Assembly: GCA_965248925.1 (NCBI GenBank)
Contig: CBDFLE010000006.1
Coordinates: 1,472,001 to 1,536,000, forward strand
Reading direction: 5' to 3'
DNA length: 64,000 nucleotides
Source: Candidatus Multivoradales bacterium
GTDB taxonomy: Bacteria > Acidobacteriota > Thermoanaerobaculia > Multivoradales > J023
This document shows, piece by piece, positions 10,056 to 18,487 of this stretch (position 1 is its first letter; the number at the start of each line of letters is the position of its first letter). A model generated the notes under the pieces. It worked only from the letters and a program-made list of their open reading frames with translations, was not told the DNA's origin and made no database searches. The position numbers and the translations under genes are program-made.

Positions 10056-12449
10056 TCAAATGTCCGGTTGAGCCTCTCCGGAGGTGTTCCGAGGCCCTGG
10101 GAAGGCCAGGCTCCGGGGTGGCGCCTTCTTGATCGCGAACCGCATCCGTAGCTCGGTGCCGGGGAAGTGGGTGGCGGTAGCGTTGAGTTCTTCGCAGACG
10201 GCGGCGATCGCCGCCGTCTTGTGGGGAGAGCTGAGCGGGTCGATGGAAAGGAGCAGCACGGTGTCGGTAACCTCCATATCGCCGCCGGCCGCGAAAGCGC
10301 TTTGGATCAGGGTGCGTCCCTCCTGCTCGGTGCGGCGGTAGTGGGGTGATAGGAGCCGGAGAAGATCACCTTCGGCCTGGTAGGCGACCATCTTGAGAAT
10401 ATCGGTGAGGTGCTTGCGCTCGACGGACAGCTTGATGACATCCGCTTCGACGACCTCTTGGACGGGGACGCGGACGGGGAGGGTCGCGCGCTGGTTCTCG
10501 AGTTCGGTGATCTGCTCTATCGCTGCCCGGACCCTGGCGGAGATGGCGGCGTTGGCGATCTTGAATCCGCGCATCGTGCGCCGCCGATCCTCGCGGTTTT
10601 CAAGAGCAGCGATCCCGATGTGGGCCCGGAGCTGCTCGAGATGTGCGTGAGCTTTGCGCAGCTCTGCATTGATCTTGCCGCGCTCGGGATTCGGCACATC
10701 GCGGGCGGCGTCCGCTGGCTCGGTGCCATAGTCCACCAGGGCATCGAGTGCGAATTCTTCGCGCAGGTATTTGAAGAAGTTCTCTTGCCTCCAACGATCG
10801 AACATGCGGTAGGCGACCTCGAGTGTGGAGAGGTCGCGGCGGGAGGTGATGATGGACGTCTGGTGGCCGTTGTCGCAGAGGCGGGTGACCTGGCGCAGGT
10901 ACAGCCGCTTGCGCTTCTTCCTCGGGCCATACTCGAGGTAGATACGCTGATCGGCGAGGAGGTACTCGAGCTTCCGCCCGTGGATCGTGTCCTTGATCTG
11001 CCCGAACTTGCTCAACGGCACCGGACGAAAGGGGGCCTTTCGGTATGTGAGGATGTCGAACTTCTTGGCGATGAGCTTCGCAAACAGCTTCGGGCTCCAA
11101 CCCCCACGGTCGAAGACGACGGTGACTCGCCGGTCTCCGAGTAGCTTTCGTACCTCTTCGAGAATGAGGGGAAGCATCGTCGCAAGCCCCTTGTTGGCCT
11201 CGGTGGGGACCACGAAGAGAGGCTCGCTCTCAGCATCGTTGACCCAGTAGTCGGTGGTGGCCGGCATCGCGATCCGCATCCGCGCTACGTGTGTCTTGGG
11301 AATCTCTCGGCCACCGTGGTAGGCGCGCACATGCCCGTCCACGTAGAGGAAGCCCATGGCATGGCCCCTGGTGGCGACCCGGCGCTGAGCGAGGGCGCGA
11401 CCGAGATCCGCGGCCAGGCCATGCGCGGCCAGCCGAGCGAGCTTGTTGCGCAAGGTTTTCACTTCCGGCGCTCGGTCGAGCCCGAGAAGCTGACCCAAAT
11501 GCCGGGGTGAGCGCTCCTTGAGCCCTTCGGGTCGCTTGACCCGCAACAGTGCCATCAGCAGCAGGGTTACCAGAGTGGTGCGCAGCCCATAGAAGGCCGG
11601 CCCGATGCTGCCGTACAGCTCCTGCGCGATGGAGAGCACGCCGCTGTCCACCAGGGCGGGAATCGCCAGCAGAGCACCGGCGCCCGGTAGCTGGGTCGCC
11701 GCTCCGAAGATCGGCGCCGCATCATCGAGGAATCCCAGCCTCGCCAGCAGCCGATCGCTGGCGCGATCCGCTGGATCGAGGTCCAGCGAGAGGGGAACCT
11801 GATCTTGCTCGGACGCAGAAGCGGACAGTTTTGGGTCCGCAGCCGCTGGGTCACCGCCACCCTCAGCGTCGAGCGCAAGATCCGCAGTTTTCAGGGGGCC
11901 GTCGACCTGCTGCTCATCAGAGGCGGACAGTTTTGGGTCCGCACTCTCGAAGGGCATCGTCATCTGCACTACCGACCGCTCTTTCCAGCCCAGGCGCTTG
12001 GCGAGCTTGCGAACGGCCTTCTCATCGATGCCCAGCCGCCGGCCAATCTCGCGATTCGACACACCCTCGGCCTTCCAGCCGTTGACCGCGTCCAGGCGGC
12101 CCTGCGCTACCCGAGACTGACCCCGGGGAAAACCGCGCGGCCGGCCCAGAGCAGCCAGCCCACCTTCTTCGAAGCGGCGCTGATTCCGGCGCACAGTCCG
12201 CACATCACAAGCGAACGCAAGGGCCACCTCGCGTTGCTGTGCCCAGCCCAATTCAACGAGACTCACCATCGCGTGGGCCTCGCCTGTCCTGTCGCCGGCA
12301 GCGAAGTGAGCGAGCGGCATGCCGCTGACCACCACCACCCGATAGCCGCCCCTCTGCTGGAGGCGGCAGCGGTCGTTGATCACCACAACCCCATCGGGGA
12401 CCCCGGCGTGGTCTGGGAACAGGACGGTGTGCTCGCTCGTCAGTGCCAT
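10056..12449 (-). CDS. Large transposase with N-terminal HTH regions and a DDE core
   Basis: FLYVDGH, VVFDRGGW and RWRQENFFKY motifs; HTH-like QREVALAFACDVRTVRR and SNREIGRRLGIDEKAVRK; fills the space between the TIRs. Confidence 0.88.
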   Translation of the reverse strand: MALTSEHTVLFPDHAGVPDGVVVINDRCRLQQRGGYRVVVVSGMPLAHFAAGDRTGEAHAMVSLVELGWAQQREVALAFACDVRTVRRNQRRFEEGGLAALGRPRGFPRGQSRVAQGRLDAVNGWKAEGVSNREIGRRLGIDEKAVRKLAKRLGWKERSVVQMTMPFESADPKLSASDEQQVDGPLKTADLALDAEGGGDPAAADPKLSASASEQDQVPLSLDLDPADRASDRLLARLGFLDDAAPIFGAATQLPGAGALLAIPALVDSGVLSIAQELYGSIGPAFYGLRTTLVTLLLMALLRVKRPEGLKERSPRHLGQLLGLDRAPEVKTLRNKLARLAAHGLAADLGRALAQRRVATRGHAMGFLYVDGHVRAYHGGREIPKTHVARMRIAMPATTDYWVNDAESEPLFVVPTEANKGLATMLPLILEEVRKLLGDRRVTVVFDRGGWSPKLFAKLIAKKFDILTYRKAPFRPVPLSKFGQIKDTIHGRKLEYLLADQRIYLEYGPRKKRKRLYLRQVTRLCDNGHQTSIITSRRDLSTLEVAYRMFDRWRQENFFKYLREEFALDALVDYGTEPADAARDVPNPERGKINAELRKAHAHLEQLRAHIGIAALENREDRRRTMRGFKIANAAISARVRAAIEQITELENQRATLPVRVPVQEVVEADVIKLSVERKHLTDILKMVAYQAEGDLLRLLSPHYRRTEQEGRTLIQSAFAAGGDMEVTDTVLLLSIDPLSSPHKTAAIAAVCEELNATATHFPGTELRMRFAIKKAPPRSLAFPGPRNTSGEAQPDI

Positions 12450-12498
12450 GCTCGATCATGCCTCGGCACCGAAAAAAGCGGACAGTTTTGGGTCCGCA
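11821..12498. repeat. Three identical 21-bp palindromic boxes GCGGACAGTTTTGGGTCCGCA at 11821, 11923 and 12478
   Basis: Read directly; GCGGAC-N8-GTCCGC dyad. Confidence 0.92.
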
Positions 12499-12651
12499 CC
12501 ACCTCTGAGGGGCGGTCCTGTGTTTTCAGAGGGTTAGGAGGGGTAGGTCAGGAGGTCTGGATTCGCCGATGACCTTCTACAGCCCACGGACTTCGCAGTG
12601 GAGAATCGCCAACCGTCGTGGTGACGGAAAAGACGGCGGAATACGGCCCCG

Positions 12652-12801
12652 ATGCGGATTTCAGTAAAGGCAGTACTCGCCCTTGGGGCCTTGGTCGCGA
12701 TGGCGATTCCGCCGGTAGTCTTCACCGGGGTGGCTCTCTTCGACGGCCTCGGAGTGGGCGAGTCCCGGTCGGCGCTAGTGGCCCAATACTCGGTACTGCC
12801 C
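12652..12801 (+). pseudogene. Truncated 5' part of an exported-protein gene
   Basis: MRISVKAVLALGALVAMAIPP signal-like start that runs into the vapC-tail repeat junction at 12801. Confidence 0.35.
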
Positions 12802-12845
12802 AAACTAGGTGCCACCCTCTTCGCGAATACACGGAGCAGGCGCCT

Positions 12846-13226
12846 CTAGAGCCGCTGTGCCCCGTCAAGTCGGCTGAGTTTGCGGTCGAAAGTGCCGAGG
12901 GGGAGATGCCCTGCCTGACGAGCAATTTCCAGCACCAGGCAGTCCGAAAAGCCAAGGCCTGGCAAGCTCCTGAAGTGGGCGAGCGCGGCCACCACGGTGC
13001 TCCGTTCTTGAACCGCGATTTGACGATGATCGAGCAACATCTCGATGGCGGTGGCGATGGCCAGCGGCTTCAACTCGTAAACCGCCGACAGCACCCACGT
13101 GGTTTCGGCGAGAACCAGATGGGAGATCCACGCACCGCGGCCGATGAAATCTTCAGCAGTATCAGCCTGCCCAGCGTCATCCCTGGTGATGAGCCGCACC
13201 AGGACGTTCGTATCAACCGCGTTCAT
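12846..13226 (-). CDS. vapC: PIN-domain toxin (copy 1)
   Basis: AVDTNVLVR, LAETTWVL, FSDCLV and TFDRKL PIN motifs. Confidence 0.9.
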   Translation of the reverse strand: MNAVDTNVLVRLITRDDAGQADTAEDFIGRGAWISHLVLAETTWVLSAVYELKPLAIATAIEMLLDHRQIAVQERSTVVAALAHFRSLPGLGFSDCLVLEIARQAGHLPLGTFDRKLSRLDGAQRL

Positions 13227-13476
13227 GCTTCAGCTGGGCGTACTCACGAACACCGTCCTTCAATTCCTCCAAGCTCCTACGCCGGGGACTTCCTTGAAGG
13301 AAAAGAGCTGCGGTGATGTCCTTCGCGGAGTAATCACCTCCGCGGCTGACCGCGATCCGCCCCTGCTCCTCATTCCACAGCAGAATCGAGCCAGGACCCA
13401 CCCCGAGCTTCTGGCGCACCTTGGCCGGCACCGAAACCTGCCCCCGGGCCGTAACTTTAGCTCGAGCGAGACTCAT
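13213..13476 (-). CDS. vapB: AbrB/MazE-type antitoxin (copy 1)
   Basis: KVTARGQVSVPAKVRQKLGVGPG AbrB motif; overlaps the toxin start. Confidence 0.88.
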   Translation of the reverse strand: MSLARAKVTARGQVSVPAKVRQKLGVGPGSILLWNEEQGRIAVSRGGDYSAKDITAALFLQGSPRRRSLEELKDGVREYAQLKHERG

Positions 13477-13596
13477 CCCGATACATTACTTCAGCAATGA
13501 ACTGTGCGGGATCGAAGGACTCAATGCCGCACCACTGGCACGATGTCAAAGGCACTCTGTGCACCGCACCGAACGGACTGAGAGAGCCGCGAAGCC

Positions 13597-15201
13597 TCAG
13601 AGCCGCAAGACGGTGATCTGCCGGCCGCTGTGCTCGATCCCTTTGCGAGAGCAGCGTTCAGCGATCGGTGGCGCGTTCTGACGCTGGTCGAAGAGCACCA
13701 GGGTGCCGGCATCGAGGCCCAGGCGGATCAAGTACTGGCCGAGCTGCTCCAGACCCTCTTCGAGCGGGTCGCTGTCACCGTTGCGACGTACTTTGAGCTC
13801 AGCGGCGAAACGTTCGACGCCGCCTTCTGGCAGCGGCCAACGCACCAGCAGGTCGACGCGCCCGCTGCCAACCGCATATTCGCGATCGATCGCCGCCACG
13901 CCGGCCGGCCGAGCTTTGACCTCGGCGCTGCCGTTGACCACCCGGTGCAGCCACGCGGAGATGACCAGCTGCGCCGCCGCCTCGGAGTAGGGTTGGCGGT
14001 TGAGCATCCATTCGGCATTCGACTTCCAGAAAGCGGTGAAGCCATCGAGTAACTGGTGCCAGAGCAGGCGACCATCCTCGGCGATGTAAGTACTGCGGGG
14101 CACCGGCAAGAATGCTTCGGTGGCCGCGGTCAAGGCTCGCGGGATAATCTCGCGGTAGATGGGATTGGCAATCTCCAGCATGCCGGCACCCGGTGCGACC
14201 AGGCCCAGGTCCTTGACGAATTGGATGTCGTCGTCGAAGACGTCATCCTGTGGGGAGTTGCCGGTGAGGATCGGCTCGATCACCTTGCGGATACGATCTT
14301 CGCGCAAGCGCTCGATGAGGGAGTCGAGATGGGTGTCGCGACGGCGGATGAGAACTTCTTTCGCCACCTCGACGTCCGTATTCTCGATCGCGCTGCTGCG
14401 ATCGGGCACCAGTTTCTCGACCAACTGGCGCGCCAGGGCGTTGGTCAGCCACGGTTGGCCGCCGGTGAGTTCGAAGGCGCGGGCCTTGGCGGCGGCGGAG
14501 AAGGGTTGGCCGGTCTCCGCGGTGTGCTGCTCGTAGAGCTCGGCGACCTCGCGGGCGTTGAAGTTGCGCAGGGTCAGCGAGTCGCTCTTGATATTGAACG
14601 GCGACGAGCTACCGATCCGCTCCAGGCCGTCACGGCGCGAAATCTTGTAATCGCGAACGTCGCGCAAGCCGACAAGCCCCAAGGCATGAGGGAAACGCGC
14701 CGGCCGGCCAGGGTAGCCGGCATGGAGCTGATCGAGGACCGAGAGCAGTGTGTCGTCGACCAGAGCATCGATTTCGTCGAGGAAGAGCACCACGGGCCGC
14801 GGACAACGGTCACACCAGCGAGTGAGGTACTCCCCGAGCCTTGTCTCAGCGACGACCTCTGCGAGTTCTTTCAGCGGTGCCGGTCGAAGCTCGCTGACCA
14901 GCTGATTGCGGCATTCCAAGTCGATGGAGTGCAGCAGCGCTCTGATGCCGCGCTCGACGTCGTTGCCGGCGACGGCTCCGGGCTTGCAGCTTGCGAGCAC
15001 GGCGGCGTAGGTGGCTTCGGCGGTGAGCGCTTCGGCGAGCAGCCGGGCGCTGGTCGTCTTGCCGCTCTGGCGCGGGGCATGGATGACGAAAAATGCCTTG
15101 TCGTCGATCAGCCGGCGAAGTTCGCCGAGACGCGCCTCGGGCGCCACCATGAAATGGTCGTCAGGGCGACAGATGCCAGCGGTATTGAAACGGCGAGCCA
15201 T
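13597..15201 (-). CDS. AAA ATPase with C-terminal PD-(D/E)XK nuclease-like domain
   Basis: APRQSGKTT, LFLDEID, SPFNI and TGGQPWL; C-terminal REY..GSGRVDLL...ELK; start MARRFNTAG. Confidence 0.85.
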   Translation of the reverse strand: MARRFNTAGICRPDDHFMVAPEARLGELRRLIDDKAFFVIHAPRQSGKTTSARLLAEALTAEATYAAVLASCKPGAVAGNDVERGIRALLHSIDLECRNQLVSELRPAPLKELAEVVAETRLGEYLTRWCDRCPRPVVLFLDEIDALVDDTLLSVLDQLHAGYPGRPARFPHALGLVGLRDVRDYKISRRDGLERIGSSSPFNIKSDSLTLRNFNAREVAELYEQHTAETGQPFSAAAKARAFELTGGQPWLTNALARQLVEKLVPDRSSAIENTDVEVAKEVLIRRRDTHLDSLIERLREDRIRKVIEPILTGNSPQDDVFDDDIQFVKDLGLVAPGAGMLEIANPIYREIIPRALTAATEAFLPVPRSTYIAEDGRLLWHQLLDGFTAFWKSNAEWMLNRQPYSEAAAQLVISAWLHRVVNGSAEVKARPAGVAAIDREYAVGSGRVDLLVRWPLPEGGVERFAAELKVRRNGDSDPLEEGLEQLGQYLIRLGLDAGTLVLFDQRQNAPPIAERCSRKGIEHSGRQITVLRL

Positions 15202-15281
15202 AGGAACATTGTAGAGCCTTCCGACCAGCGTTGCCAAAAGCGGACGGCCTTTTCGACCCTAGAACCAAACGCCCCCCTCTT

Positions 15282-15521
15282 CACCGCTCAAACCAACGCC
15301 GCCTCAACCTCCGCTCGATCGACCAGCACCGAGCGGCCCGTGGCCTTGACTTCGGGCTCGAACTCGTAGTCGCGAATCACCCGCCTGAAGACCTCGCGCA
15401 AAGCCCTGGCACCCAAACGCGGCTGGCTGGCGGCCGCCTTGGCGATCGCTTGGATGACGGCGGGTGAGAGGGCCAGGTCGTAGCCGCGGCTCTCTAAGTA
15501 ACGCCGCACCTAGTGGTAGCC
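15282..15521 (-). pseudogene. Duplicated 3' end of the clpX-like gene (240-bp direct repeat of 16281-16520)
   Basis: About 12 mismatches in 240 bp by manual comparison, including a new stop codon. Confidence 0.9.
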
Positions 15522-15642
15522 AAACTAGGTGCCACCCGCCTCGCGAATACACGGAGCAGGCGCCTCTAGAGCCGCTGTGCCCAAACTAGGTGCCACCCCC
15601 TCGCGAATACACGGAGCAGGCGCCTCTAGAGCCGCTGTGCCC
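15521..15642. repeat. Tandem ~60-bp duplication CAAACTAGGTGCCACCC...GAGCCGCTGTGCC; third copy at 12801-12861
   Basis: Read directly. Confidence 0.9.
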
Positions 15643-16006
15643 CGTCAAGTCGGCTGAGTTTGCGGTCGAAAGTGCCGAGGGGGAGATGCCCTGCCTGACG
15701 AGCAATTTCCAGCACCAGGCAGTCCGAAAAGCCAAGGCCTGGCAAGCTCCTGAAGTGGGCGAGCGCGGCCACCACGGTGCTCCGTTCTTGAACCGCGATT
15801 TGACGATGATCGAGCAACATCTCGATGGCGGTGGCGATGGCCAGCGGCTTCAACTCGTAAACCGCCGACAGCACCCACGTGGTTTCGGCGAGAACCAGAT
15901 GGGAGATCCACGCACCGCGGCCGATGAAATCTTCAGCAGTATCAGCCTGCCCAGCGTCATCCCTGGTGATGAGCCGCACCAGGACGTTCGTATCAACCGC
16001 GTTCAT
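15626..16006 (-). CDS. vapC: PIN-domain toxin (copy 2, same protein as copy 1)
   Basis: Identical translation to 12846-13226. Confidence 0.9.
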   Translation of the reverse strand: MNAVDTNVLVRLITRDDAGQADTAEDFIGRGAWISHLVLAETTWVLSAVYELKPLAIATAIEMLLDHRQIAVQERSTVVAALAHFRSLPGLGFSDCLVLEIARQAGHLPLGTFDRKLSRLDGAQRL

Positions 16007-16256
16007 GCTTCAGCTGGGCGTACTCACGAACACCGTCTTTCAACTCCTCCAAGCTCCTACGTCGGGGTGTTCCTCGAGGGAAAAGAGCTGCGCTGATGTC
16101 CTTGGAGGAATAAGCACCACCGAGACTGACCACGATCCGCCCCTGTTCCTCGTTCCAGAGCAAAACCGAGCCGGGGCCAGCCCCCAGTCTCTGACGCACT
16201 TTGGCCGGCACCGAAATCTGCCCCTGGGCGGTAATCTTTGATCGAGCGAGACTCAT
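15993..16256 (-). CDS. vapB: AbrB/MazE-type antitoxin (copy 2)
   Basis: KITAQGQISVPAKVRQRLG; 15 of 87 aa differ from copy 1. Confidence 0.88.
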   Translation of the reverse strand: MSLARSKITAQGQISVPAKVRQRLGAGPGSVLLWNEEQGRIVVSLGGAYSSKDISAALFPRGTPRRRSLEELKDGVREYAQLKHERG

Positions 16257-16263
16257 CAGCGCA

Positions 16264-16279
16264 CATTACCACAGTAATG
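16264..16279. promoter_or_regulatory. Putative antitoxin operator CATTAC-CACA-GTAATG (imperfect version at 13484-13499)
   Basis: Perfect dyad just upstream of vapB, conserved in both copies while the flanks diverge. Confidence 0.6.
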
Positions 16280-16286
16280 GCACCGC

Positions 16287-17369
16287 TCAAACCAACGCCG
16301 CCTCGACCTCCGCTCGATCGACCAGCACCGAGCGACCCGTGGCCTTGATTTCGGGCTCGAACTCGTAGTCGCGGATCACCCGCCTGAAAACCTCGCGCAA
16401 AGCCCTGGCACCCAAACGCGGCTGGCTGGCGGCCGCGTTGGCGATTGCTTGGATGGCGGCGGGTGAGAGGGCCAGGTCGTAGCCGCGGCTCTCAAAGTAG
16501 CGCCGCGCCTGGTGGTAGCCCGAGTCGGGGACTTCGAGGAAGATGCGCTCGAGTTCGTCGACCGTCAAGTCGTCGAGCAGCACCACCGCGTCGAAGCGGG
16601 ACAAGAACTGTGGGCTCATGCCGTAGTCGAAAAGGTCTTCGTTCTTGAGCCAATCGCGCAGGGCGAACTCGAGCCGCTGTTCGACGTTGCCGTCTTCAAC
16701 CACCGTTACCGGCTGTAGCGCGCCTTTGTCCTTGCCGACCGTGACCCGGTCGTACACCGCGTCCCACAAACCCTCGAAGGCACCCGCACTGACGAACAGC
16801 AGGCCGCTTGAGTCCACTGTCAAAGTCTTACCTCCAGCCCAATCCGGCAGAGTGAAGGGCACCGATTCGTTCTCAATCAGGGTAAGCAGGGCTTCTTGCG
16901 CCCGGATACCGGCAGTGTTGGGCAGGCCACCCACGTGAGCGCGGATCTTGTCGACCTCGTCGATGAACACCAAGCCACCACGCGCTTGCTTGAGCAAGGT
17001 GGCGACCGGGGTCGCGGCCCCGAGCTGCTCGCGAGCGCGTTCTAGCAGGCGCCGCAGCACCGCCTCACCGGGTCGCCCTCGGGCCGCTTCTTCACCCAGC
17101 ACGTTGGCGTGGATGCGAATCACCGTCGAACGCAAGGCCAACTCCGGGCGCTGGCTGAGGTACTGCTCCACCGCCCGCATCAGGGTGGTCTTGCCGGTAC
17201 CCGAGGAACCGATCATCAGCAAGTTGCCGAGGGGCAAACCGGCGAGCTTCTTCGACAGGGCGATCGACATCTCGCGAATCGCTTCGCGCTGACCGATCAC
17301 CCTCTTCTCGAGCTCAGCGGCAATCTCCTTCGGGCTGGGAACCTTGGCCGACACTTCGCTACTGGACAT
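16287..17369 (-). CDS. Divergent ClpX-like AAA+ ATPase
   Basis: VIGQREA, GSSGTGKT, VFIDEVDKI, QEALLTLIE, GAFEGL and LGARALR; no zinc-binding domain. Confidence 0.85.
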   Translation of the reverse strand: MSSSEVSAKVPSPKEIAAELEKRVIGQREAIREMSIALSKKLAGLPLGNLLMIGSSGTGKTTLMRAVEQYLSQRPELALRSTVIRIHANVLGEEAARGRPGEAVLRRLLERAREQLGAATPVATLLKQARGGLVFIDEVDKIRAHVGGLPNTAGIRAQEALLTLIENESVPFTLPDWAGGKTLTVDSSGLLFVSAGAFEGLWDAVYDRVTVGKDKGALQPVTVVEDGNVEQRLEFALRDWLKNEDLFDYGMSPQFLSRFDAVVLLDDLTVDELERIFLEVPDSGYHQARRYFESRGYDLALSPAAIQAIANAAASQPRLGARALREVFRRVIRDYEFEPEIKATGRSVLVDRAEVEAALV

Positions 17370-17468
17370 GCCCACCATTCTACGGATACCACCGGCAGCA
17401 TGCCAGCCAGCTCAATGTTCGGTGTTGCTGATGAAGCGGCCGGCGGGCTGTGATAGAAATTTGTCCCT

Positions 17469-18455
17469 ATGAGGCGTCCGCATCCACCCTTCCTCGGCCA
17501 GCTAGGCTGCTTGGCACTCCTCTGCCTGATGGCATCGATAGCCGGCGCCGCGGCTGCGGCCGATCCCCCTCTCGGCGAAATCCAGCGACTCCTCGACCAG
17601 GGCCAGCCCGAGCAGGCTTTGGCGCTGCTCGGCCGTAGCTTGCCGCGGGGCAAAAAGGGCGCTCAAGCGCTGCTCCTGCGCTCCACGGCGCGCATCATGA
17701 CCGGCGACAGCGAAGCCGGCGAGGCTGACTTGCGCGACGCTCTGAAGCTCGACCCGCGGCTGCGGCAGGGTTGGCTGAACCTGGGCGCAGTAGAGATCGC
17801 CGCCCAGCGTTATGCAGCAGCTCTGGCCGCCTTCGCCACCGCCGAAGACTTGGACCCGACCGACTTTGGCAACCACCTCAATCAGGGCGCGGTGCTCCTG
17901 CTGCTCGGCCGTCTGGACGAAGCTGGCACCAAGTTCGCTGCCTTCTTGGCCCACCACAGCGACGCCACCGGCCACTACCTGGTAGCAGGCAACTACGCCC
18001 TCAGCGGCCACGAATCGCAAGCGGTCGAGCACCTGCGCCGGGCTTTTCAAGTCGACGAACGCTTGCGGCTGCAGGTGCGCACTGACGACAAGTTTGTCCT
18101 TTTGCAAGGCGAGGCGTACCGCCACTTGTTGGTCACCGACGGCTACCGCCCATCGGCCGACGCCCACAGTCGCGCGGCCAGCTTTCAGCTGCCTTACGAT
18201 CGTCAGGATGGCCGCCTGCTCAACGCGGTGCTACAGGCGATGCAGCAGGTCGGCGAGCCCTTTGACCCTCGGATCGAGGCCAACGAGAAGTGGGCCCTGA
18301 TCTGGGGTGATTTGCGAATCAAGCTCTACAACCAAGCTGCTGGCACTTCGGTGGTGACCCTCAGCGCTGCCGCCGACAGCATGAGTTCCGCCACCTGGGC
18401 GCGGCGCAGTGACTCTCTTCTGCGAGCGATCTACGAAGCATTGCGGGGCTTCTGA
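17469..18455 (+). CDS. Exported TPR protein
   Basis: Signal peptide and repeated TPR units (ALKLDP...WLNLG). Confidence 0.8.
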   Translation: MRRPHPPFLGQLGCLALLCLMASIAGAAAAADPPLGEIQRLLDQGQPEQALALLGRSLPRGKKGAQALLLRSTARIMTGDSEAGEADLRDALKLDPRLRQGWLNLGAVEIAAQRYAAALAAFATAEDLDPTDFGNHLNQGAVLLLLGRLDEAGTKFAAFLAHHSDATGHYLVAGNYALSGHESQAVEHLRRAFQVDERLRLQVRTDDKFVLLQGEAYRHLLVTDGYRPSADAHSRAASFQLPYDRQDGRLLNAVLQAMQQVGEPFDPRIEANEKWALIWGDLRIKLYNQAAGTSVVTLSAAADSMSSATWARRSDSLLRAIYEALRGF

Positions 18456-18487
18456 TCCTGCAGGGCGACCCTACCGACGGCGCACTC

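Larger units (their letters stand above)
10031..12559 (-). mobile_element. Complete insertion sequence (2529 bp), DDE type, family not assigned
   Basis: TIRs CAGAACTCCTGACATACCC (10031) and the reverse complement of GGGTAGGTCAGGAGGTCTG (12541-12559), 17/19 identical; flanked by a GATTC direct repeat at 10026-10030 and 12560-12564. Confidence 0.9.

Noticed and set aside
14056-15369. Long antisense or alternate-frame ORFs (also 19743-20963, 31264-32424, 48903-49772, 53347-54396)
   Set aside because: They shadow well-supported genes, as expected in GC-rich DNA, and have no recognisable motifs.
12801-15642. Repeated ~60-bp unit as a CRISPR repeat or attC
   Set aside because: It includes the vapC 3' end, has no regular spacers and has no cas genes nearby; local duplication explains it.
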